A stretch of 64,000 nucleotides of DNA from Candidatus Heimdallarchaeum aukensis (GTDB lineage Archaea; Asgardarchaeota; Heimdallarchaeia; Heimdallarchaeales; Heimdallarchaeaceae), in assembly GCA_021513695.1 (NCBI GenBank), contig CP084166.1, forward strand, positions 992,001-1,056,000, read 5' to 3'. The number at the start of each line of letters is the position of its first letter. Within the stretch, counting starts at the first letter, position 1. Shown here one piece after another: positions 57,576 through 64,000 of this stretch. The notes under the pieces are model-generated. The model made no database searches and was not told the origin of the DNA. It was given only the letters and a program-made list of their open reading frames with translations. The position numbers and the translations under genes are program-made.

Positions 57576-58520
57576 TTATAAAATAAAATAAGTTATAACC
57601 AAGATTTCTAGTGGAAGTAGAATCAAAGCAATTAATGTTAAAATCGTTATATATCTGCTTGTTATCGTCCCATCTAAGTTAAAATAGTTAGCGTAAGCAG
57701 TATTATTTACTGCAGGAGGAGAAAGACTTTGTATTATTAAAGAAACTTGAGCAGGAATTGCTAAAGGAAAGAAAAATATGGGTATTGTTGCTAATAACCC
57801 CCCTCCAAATCTGGTGACTATTCCTCGACTAATAGCTGCTTCCTTCCATTCTTGTTTTTTTGGGAATCTGAACTTTAATCCTACTAAAGCTAACATTAAA
57901 AACATTGTTACATCTCTGAAAATATTTACTCCAATGTTATTTGGAACAACGTTTCCTAAACTAACTCTCAAGATCGCTCCGATTATTAAACCTATAGAAG
58001 GTGGAAATAAGAGCATCCCTCTCATTATTTTCCATAGAGACTTTCCTTCAGTAGAACCAAAATAAATACCAATAAAAACGCCCAAACTGTTTCTAAGGAT
58101 CACATTAACTATTAGAAAAATAGAAGCAGCGAGTAATCCATCATTACCTACTAAACCTATGATTATTGGAAAAGGGTAAAAAAGACTGTTCATAAAACTT
58201 ACTGCACTAATTTCAGCTCCTTTTTGTGTATTAGTCATATCTAGTCTGTTTCGTATCCACAACCAATCTATAATCATAGAAAAAATGCAAGTTAGAATAC
58301 CAACTAGTACAATATAACCCCAAGATATTGATGTATCATCAATTCCTAACATTACAAAAATGAGAAGAACAGGAGTAAGAATATTTAAACCAATGAAAGT
58401 CAACCATTTACTTAATTTTTCAGAGTTTTTTAAAAATTGGAGAAGAAAACCAGCTAATATTCCTCCGTAGATAGTACCTATTCTAATAGCTAGTTCAGTA
58501 ATATAATGCATTAATCTCAT
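57576..58520 (-). CDS. AEC-family (auxin efflux carrier-like) transporter
   Basis: 314 aa with about 10 TM helices and a two-fold repeat organisation. The family call is by overall look only. Confidence 0.5.
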   Translation of the reverse strand: MRLMHYITELAIRIGTIYGGILAGFLLQFLKNSEKLSKWLTFIGLNILTPVLLIFVMLGIDDTSISWGYIVLVGILTCIFSMIIDWLWIRNRLDMTNTQKGAEISAVSFMNSLFYPFPIIIGLVGNDGLLAASIFLIVNVILRNSLGVFIGIYFGSTEGKSLWKIMRGMLLFPPSIGLIIGAILRVSLGNVVPNNIGVNIFRDVTMFLMLALVGLKFRFPKKQEWKEAAISRGIVTRFGGGLLATIPIFFFPLAIPAQVSLIIQSLSPPAVNNTAYANYFNLDGTITSRYITILTLIALILLPLEILVITYFIL

Positions 58521-58957
58521 TTCTTTGATTTTATAGTCTTTTTTAAATTTACTTTTTAACGAAATTTTAATACAAAGAGTCTATTTTACTAATGCATAAT
58601 AAAACTATTTTTCTATAGATATTAGTGAATAACTATTAAAGCATTAAATGAACTTGCAAGTTTTAACTAGGTCATCTAAATGCGAACAGAAATAAAAAAA
58701 TTGATTCTAACGAACCAGATTTACAAACATTAACCTAAGAAAAATAATATGAAAAATCAGTAAAAGATATTCAGAAACATTTATTAAAGCTCTTAGAGCA
58801 GACAGACGAGAATAAGAACTTACTTTTGTAGAATCAATGGAAGAAGAAAAAGAAGAATTAGCTATATGAACCTATTAAGACGAGCTGCAACCGAAAGAAT
58901 TGATTTAAGTTAACTATTACGAAAACTATTAATGCTAATGAAGCTATAGTTACTATA

Positions 58958-59200
58958 GTGTATATGTCAACGACAATTCAAATAAAGAAAGAGACAAAAG
59001 AAGCTCTCTTTAATATAAAAAACAGATTAGAAAGAGAATTAGGTCGTCGTTTAAGTTATGACGAGGTTATAGAATATTTATTAGAAAAAAATGAATCCAC
59101 CTTTCCAAAAAAAGTATTAAGTGAATTTGCAGGAACGCTTGAGACTGAAGCCAAAGAAATATACGCTAATTTACGGAAGGAATATAGAGAAAATGACTAG
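58958..59200 (+). CDS. vapB: Putative antitoxin (VapB-like)
   Basis: An approximately 78-aa protein (probable ATG 58964, MSTTIQIKKETKEAL...). It overlaps the downstream PIN gene by 8 nt (ATGACTAG). Confidence 0.55.
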   Translation: MYMSTTIQIKKETKEALFNIKNRLERELGRRLSYDEVIEYLLEKNESTFPKKVLSEFAGTLETEAKEIYANLRKEYREND

Positions 59201-59660
59201 TCGCTCCCTAAAAGCTAAAGCTGCAGTTGTGGATACTGGTGTTCTGTTGGAGTATTTGACTTTAGACAAGACAAAAAAAGATTCAAGAAAATATTTTAAT
59301 TATTTGAATTCAGAATTATTCCAAAATCATAATTATAAACAAATATTCATTTCTTTTTTGACAAAAACGGAACTTTTGTATATAAGTTGTAGAATAAAGG
59401 GCTGGAGAAAAGCAAAAGAGTATGTAAGCAGCCTTGTAAATTCTTTTATTATTGTATCTAATGATGAAATTGATGAACTTGCAGCTTTGATAAAATGCAA
59501 AATCCCTATTGCGCTACCTGATTGTTTTAATTTAGCAATAGCTAAAATCTATAAAATACCAGCTTACTTTCTAGAAGAAAAAGAATTATCATCCCAAACA
59601 CAAAGAAAAATAATAACTGAATTAAATATCGATTTACACATTATTCAAAAAAGAGTATAA
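59193..59660 (+). CDS. vapC: PIN-domain toxin (VapC-like)
   Basis: Starting at ATG 59193 gives MTSRSLKAKAAVVDTGVLLEYL (first PIN Asp), then TKTELLYIS (Glu) and ALPDCFNLAIAKIY (Asp). The ORF-track start at 59121 would lie inside the antitoxin gene. Confidence 0.7.
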   Translation: MTSRSLKAKAAVVDTGVLLEYLTLDKTKKDSRKYFNYLNSELFQNHNYKQIFISFLTKTELLYISCRIKGWRKAKEYVSSLVNSFIIVSNDEIDELAALIKCKIPIALPDCFNLAIAKIYKIPAYFLEEKELSSQTQRKIITELNIDLHIIQKRV

Positions 59661-59680
59661 CAGCTTTAATTCATTTCTCT

Positions 59681-60247
59681 TTACCACTGATTAATCACTT
59701 TCTCAGCAAAACCTAATAATTTGTCTACTTTAACCTCTGTTCCATCATCTAAAATGACTTTTCCAGTAAAATATCCAAAAACTTGATGTTGAACTGATTT
59801 AAAAATCAGCAAGTTTACTTTTGAATTTCTGTCTATAATGGGTTCGAAATCCATTTCAAATCTTCCATCATTGCTTGTGAATTTCCAAGGTTTCAAGTAA
59901 TCAGATTCATCTATGTGAAAAGTAATCTGATCAAGTTTGTGTCCTTTGTTATTGTAATAGAAAATGTTCTCTGTTGCTGCAGAAGTGTCACCAAAACCAT
60001 ATCCTATATTAAAACCTACAGAAACACCATCTTGTATTCCTGAAGCTGAACCCCAGTACCAGATGTCTTTATAAGGCCAAACTCCCCTTCCCCAATCCAA
60101 TACCGCAAAACTATTCTCTTTTTTAAAGCTATACTCTTTATTACCATATTTTACTGTCCCTTCAGTAGGCATACAGTTAATTTTTTGATTATAGTAGAAG
60201 CATTTAGGTTTATTTTTCCAAGGAGTGGCGATAACCATTGTATCCAT
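59681..60247 (-). pseudogene. Truncated paralogue (C-terminal 188 codons) of the neighbouring 343-aa gene
   Basis: MDTMVIATPWKNKPKCFYYNQKINCMPTEG... aligns residue for residue with the last 188 aa of ORF 60450..61481, with scattered substitutions. Similarity stops exactly at the Met codon. Confidence 0.6.
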
Positions 60248-60449
60248 GCCTTTATAGATTCACAATAGTAAGCAACAGAAAAATTGATTTACGATAGCAA
60301 CTCCGAAATTTTATAACACTAGCTACGATCTATAATATTGCTTACTTTCTGAACTAAAAAAGTAATCTTGCTCAATAAAAGGAAGTTATAACTAAACTAA
60401 ATATCACTTGACATAAGAAAAAAAATTAATCAATTTTGTTTCACGTTTT

Positions 60450-61481
60450 TTACCATCGATTCATCACTTTCTCAGCAAATCCTAATAGTTTGTTTATTTT
60501 TACCTCTTTTCCATTGTCTAAGATTACTTTTCCTGTAAAATAACCAAAAACTTGGTGTTGTACTGATTTGAATATGAGAAGATTTACTTTTGAATTTCGA
60601 TCAATTATTGGCTCAAAATCCATTTCAAACCGTTCATCGTTACTAGTGAATTTCCAAGGCTTAAGGTAATCTGTTTCATCTATATGAAAAGTAACTTGAT
60701 CGAGTTTGTGTCCTTGATTATTGTAATAGAAAATATTTTCTGTAGCTGCAGAAGTATCACCAAACCCATAACCTATATTGAAGCCTACAGGAACCCCATC
60801 TTGTATTCCTGAAGCTGACCCCCAATACCAAACATCTTGGTATGGCCAAACTCCTCTACCCCAATCAAGAACTGCAAAACTGTTGTTTTTCTCAAAAATG
60901 TATTCTTTATCGCCATATTTTACTTTTCCTTCTGTAGGCATACAATTTATTTTCTGATTATAATAGAAACATTTAGGCTTATTTTTCCACGGAGTGGCAA
61001 TTACCATAGTATCCATATTTGGTTCTTGATGAAGTAAAAGTTCTCCTTTGATATCTGATTTTTTAGTAAAATTGGGAAAATTAAATCTAATTATCCTTTG
61101 TTCATTCTTCTTTTCTATATTTATACTCAGTTTTTTGCCTTTATACTTAATATCACCAAAATCAGAAGAAAGAGGTAAGTTTGTTCTACCTCTTGTGAAT
61201 AACTTCATTTCTTCTCCTGTAACAAAAGTTTTTTTCTTAAAATCTAACCAGACTATATTATATAATCCCATTATCCCTAAATCAGCTATAGTAAAGGTGA
61301 TCGCATAATCTGGATGAATAACAGCATAATAATCCCATTCTTTTATTCTGAACCATTTTTTCCTAATTTTTTCTCTATTGTATTTTAAATAAGGTTTCCT
61401 TGACCAACCTTTGTAGTTCAAGTGGCCTTTTTCATTTAGTAATTCTCCTTCTGAAATTATCTCATTTTGAGTAGACATCAC
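60450..61481 (-). CDS. Conserved hypothetical beta-rich protein (possibly DUF2804-like)
   Basis: A 343-aa uninterrupted ORF. The family guess rests on size and W/Y/G-rich beta-strand character only. Confidence 0.45.
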   Translation of the reverse strand: MMSTQNEIISEGELLNEKGHLNYKGWSRKPYLKYNREKIRKKWFRIKEWDYYAVIHPDYAITFTIADLGIMGLYNIVWLDFKKKTFVTGEEMKLFTRGRTNLPLSSDFGDIKYKGKKLSINIEKKNEQRIIRFNFPNFTKKSDIKGELLLHQEPNMDTMVIATPWKNKPKCFYYNQKINCMPTEGKVKYGDKEYIFEKNNSFAVLDWGRGVWPYQDVWYWGSASGIQDGVPVGFNIGYGFGDTSAATENIFYYNNQGHKLDQVTFHIDETDYLKPWKFTSNDERFEMDFEPIIDRNSKVNLLIFKSVQHQVFGYFTGKVILDNGKEVKINKLLGFAEKVMNRW

Positions 61482-61621
61482 TTTAACAATCTTTTAAAAT
61501 TCAAATATTTTTCTATAAGGGGATTCAAGATATTCAAAGATTAGAATTATAGTGTTTAATCATTTTGAATAATAAATCATCGAAAATTAAGTATATATTA
61601 GTAAACTGGAATTTTATTTAG

Positions 61622-62299
61622 ATGTTTAATGTAAGATTTCCAACTTCTCTCAATGAAGCTAGAAAATTTCAACAAATTGTATCCCAACAAATCTCCCTCA
61701 AAGATGAATTTGGAGATATTAACTATATTACCGGATTAGATATCTCTTACAAGAATAAAAGAGCTTATGGCGCAGCAATTGTTTATGATTGCAAAAATAA
61801 GAAAGTAATTGAGAAAAAAAGAGTAGAAATGTTACCAAAATTCGAATATGTCTCAGGATTTCTTTTTATGCGAGAGGTGCCAATATTTCTAAAATTAGTA
61901 GACCAACTAGTAAATCAATCTGATTTATTTCTTGTAGATGGGCACGGAATAGCTCATCCTGCTTATGCAGGGTCAGCTACCGTTTTTGGGTATTTCATAA
62001 AAAAGCCTGTAATTGGAGTAGCAAAAGCTCCAATGAATGTTTTTGAATTTGGAAGTGAAGAAAAAAGAGAAGATTTTCTTATAACAAACCTTTATGTAGG
62101 AAAAAGACTTGTTGGAAAAAAGATAGCTTACAAAGATAAAAATTGGAAACCAATTTATGTTTCACCAGGTAATAACATTTCAATTTCTTCTTCCTTAGAT
62201 GTAGTTATTAACTTGCTTGACTCAAAGCACAAGCTTCCTAAACCACTATTGCTTGCTCATCTAGCAGCAAATGAGTACAAAGAAAACATATATCATTAA
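61622..62299 (+). CDS. nfi: Endonuclease V
   Basis: ITGLDISY (catalytic Asp), FMREVPIFL and LFLVDGHGIAHPAYAGSATVFG (DGxGxxHPR-like) with VIGVAKAP. The order and spacing match EndoV. Confidence 0.85.
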   Translation: MFNVRFPTSLNEARKFQQIVSQQISLKDEFGDINYITGLDISYKNKRAYGAAIVYDCKNKKVIEKKRVEMLPKFEYVSGFLFMREVPIFLKLVDQLVNQSDLFLVDGHGIAHPAYAGSATVFGYFIKKPVIGVAKAPMNVFEFGSEEKREDFLITNLYVGKRLVGKKIAYKDKNWKPIYVSPGNNISISSSLDVVINLLDSKHKLPKPLLLAHLAANEYKENIYH

Positions 62300-62460
62300 C
62301 ACAATTGTCCTTCCAAAACTAATAAATAAAATCGCGCTTTTTAAGAAGCATTATCACAAATAATTTCATTGATTCTTCAACCATAAAACTTTGTTTGCAA
62401 CACTTTAAAAAAGAAATAAAAAGGAAAAATAGTTTTAGATTTGGAGTTTAATCTTAGATT

Positions 62461-63888
62461 TTACTTTTTTAAGTTAAATACAAGGCTTTTAACAGTCATG
62501 GGATAAACTTGACCTGAATAGAGAGGTTCTCCAATATCTATCCAGTCTCCTTCTTCTAATTCTATTTCATCAAGGCACATGAAATTATTTTGAAGCGATG
62601 TTTCTCTCTTAAGAGTTAGTCCCACCGTTCCTCCTATGTCTTCTTTAAAAATCAAAATGATCAGTTTGTTGTTACTAATTGAATTAGCAAATGAAGTTTC
62701 TAGTGCTTTTGCAAAAGATTTTATGTAATATTCGCTTCGATAAATCGGTTCGTCAAAAAATAGTGCTACAATATCCTCTCCTTCTTTCATATCAAATTTC
62801 AAATAAGCTTGATGAATAGCCTTTTTTGTCTTTTCGATACTAAATTCTTTTTTGTTCAAGTTTACTTTAATTACTGGAATATTTTTTATAGGTAAGTTCA
62901 AATTTCTATCAACATAACAAGTAGATCCGGAAACAGTGAGTGAAAATGAACCCGCTCCAATAACTGTTGCTCTAATGGTATTTTCAGGTTCAATTAGGGG
63001 AATATCCTTCTCTTTAATCAGTTTTTTTATCTCTTTTGCAAGTCTTTTTCCTATATCATCATATTCTATTGTTTCTTTTCCGTAGATATATTCAGCTACT
63101 CCTCCAGAAAAGGAAAAACCATCTATTTTTACTGAATAATCTAAATCTTCAGTCATCATAAGCTTTTTTGCTATTGTACTTTTTGCTGGACCTAAAAGAA
63201 CTTCGATTAAAACTTCTGCGTAAGTTTTTACTATCTTTTGAATATCACCCTCAGATATTGTATCTCCAACTTGATAACTCAATCCTAATTGCTGCATAAT
63301 AAACTCTGTAGGCTCATCTATTCTCGTAATTTTATAATTCTTATCTACACCAAGTAATCTCCCTCCAATATTAATGCATGCAGTGCTTAACACATCTCCA
63401 CAAGAAGCTATAGCTAAGTTACTTGTTCCTCCTCCAACATCTACATTCATATATGTTTTTTGATCAATTTCTGAGCGAGAAACAATACCACTTCCCATCG
63501 CTGCTAGATAAGATTCAAAATTAGGACCCGCAGTAGCACTGACAAACTTACCTGATTCAGAAGAAAGACGTTGCACTATCTCTTCTGCATTCTTTTTCTT
63601 TGCTGTTTCTCCTGTTATAATCACTGCTCCAGAATTAACCATTTCCTTTTTTATACCAGCTCTTTTATATTCGCTTTGAAAGAAAGAGATTAATTTCTCA
63701 ATATCTATAGTAAAACGGTCAAGCAAAGGAGTATCAATTATTTTCCCTTCATAAATAATTTCTCTATTAGTGAGATGAAATCTGTTCGTCATATTAAGAA
63801 AATTTCTTTCTCTTTGATATGATAAGCGTGAAAAAAATAAATGAGAGGTAGAAGAACCCACATCTATCCCCACACTTAGCAAGGTCAT
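62461..63888 (-). CDS. eutA: EutA-family reactivase (ethanolamine ammonia-lyase reactivating factor-like, ASKHA fold)
   Basis: MTLLSVGIDVGSSTSHLFFSRL, SGAVIITGETAKKKNA, ATAGPNFES, VDVGGGTSN, TACINIGGRLL, IRATVIGAGSFSLTVSGST and DWIDIGEPLYSG...PMTVKSLVF follow the E. coli EutA sequence as I recall it. Confidence 0.85.
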   Translation of the reverse strand: MTLLSVGIDVGSSTSHLFFSRLSYQRERNFLNMTNRFHLTNREIIYEGKIIDTPLLDRFTIDIEKLISFFQSEYKRAGIKKEMVNSGAVIITGETAKKKNAEEIVQRLSSESGKFVSATAGPNFESYLAAMGSGIVSRSEIDQKTYMNVDVGGGTSNLAIASCGDVLSTACINIGGRLLGVDKNYKITRIDEPTEFIMQQLGLSYQVGDTISEGDIQKIVKTYAEVLIEVLLGPAKSTIAKKLMMTEDLDYSVKIDGFSFSGGVAEYIYGKETIEYDDIGKRLAKEIKKLIKEKDIPLIEPENTIRATVIGAGSFSLTVSGSTCYVDRNLNLPIKNIPVIKVNLNKKEFSIEKTKKAIHQAYLKFDMKEGEDIVALFFDEPIYRSEYYIKSFAKALETSFANSISNNKLIILIFKEDIGGTVGLTLKRETSLQNNFMCLDEIELEEGDWIDIGEPLYSGQVYPMTVKSLVFNLKK

Positions 63889-64000
63889 ATATTCTTTCGA
63901 ATCAATTTCTGTAGAATGTTTAGTTTCGCTTTGCTCTTCTTTCCTTTCTTCTGAAAATGTTTTCTCTAATAACTTTATTTTTTCTGGTGCTTTCCTTATA

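Noticed and set aside
59121-59192. ORF-track N-terminal extension of the PIN gene (MNLQERLRLKPKKYTLIYGRNIEK...)
   Set aside because: This stretch overlaps the antitoxin coding region in another frame. The PIN domain begins at the ATG at 59193, with the usual antitoxin-toxin overlap.
1-64000. CRISPR arrays, rRNA genes and tRNA genes anywhere in the window
   Set aside because: Scanning by eye found no regularly spaced repeats and no further GC-rich blocks with cloverleaf or rRNA signatures. The only GC-rich non-coding patch is 22.2-22.4 kb, reported separately as unclassified. A computational scan (tRNAscan-SE, Infernal, a CRISPR finder) is still needed.

Overview
AT-rich archaeal window. TATA-like boxes sit about 25 nt upstream of many start codons, so many genes look leaderless. 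Three small GTPases (two Rag/Gtr1-like) with roadblock/longin-like partners suggest an Asgard (Lokiarchaeia-like) genome; that is inference from motifs only. No database search was run, so every family name comes from motifs read in the translations.

Layout:
- 0-20 kb: housekeeping and envelope genes. These include a SAM methyltransferase, a secreted caspase-like peptidase, a creatininase-family enzyme, an MFS transporter, an ABC transporter pair, a beta-helix surface protein, a HAD hydrolase and a nitrilase-family enzyme. The block is interrupted by a decayed tnpB-only IS at about 4.8-6.3 kb.
- 19.6-20.7 kb: a two-domain GNAT gene split by a 203-bp internal inversion. Flipping the segment back restores a single ORF.
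- 20.9-30.7 kb: a GTPase / roadblock / 7-TM / giant surface protein cluster, with a GC-rich ORF-free patch inside it.
- 30.9-34.6 kb: a decayed junction. It holds a short cysteine-synthase-like remnant, a second tnpB IS that looks intact, and an FG-GAP/TSP3 membrane gene that is 5'-truncated and frameshifted in an A6 run.
- 34.6-53.7 kb: an AT-richer accessory island that looks like a defence island. It contains a HEPN protein divergent from a stand-alone TGT/DpdA-like gene, a Panacea-like antitoxin with a GNAT toxin, and a two-gene module (one protein with an RNxxxH HEPN motif) bracketed by 42-nt IS-leader-like repeats. It also contains a CcrM/HinfI-family methyltransferase with a putative endonuclease, and a tightly packed four-gene operon I cannot assign to any named system. 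That operon (973-aa unknown, 1153-aa nuclease-helicase-like, ABC-type ATPase, 339-aa unknown) is the best candidate for something undescribed.
- 54.3-64 kb: core genes again. These are a HAD-like hydrolase, a CPBP protease, an FprA flavodiiron protein, an AEC-like transporter, a VapBC-like pair, a tandem partial gene duplication, endonuclease V and an EutA-like reactivase.

No rRNA, tRNA or CRISPR array was seen.
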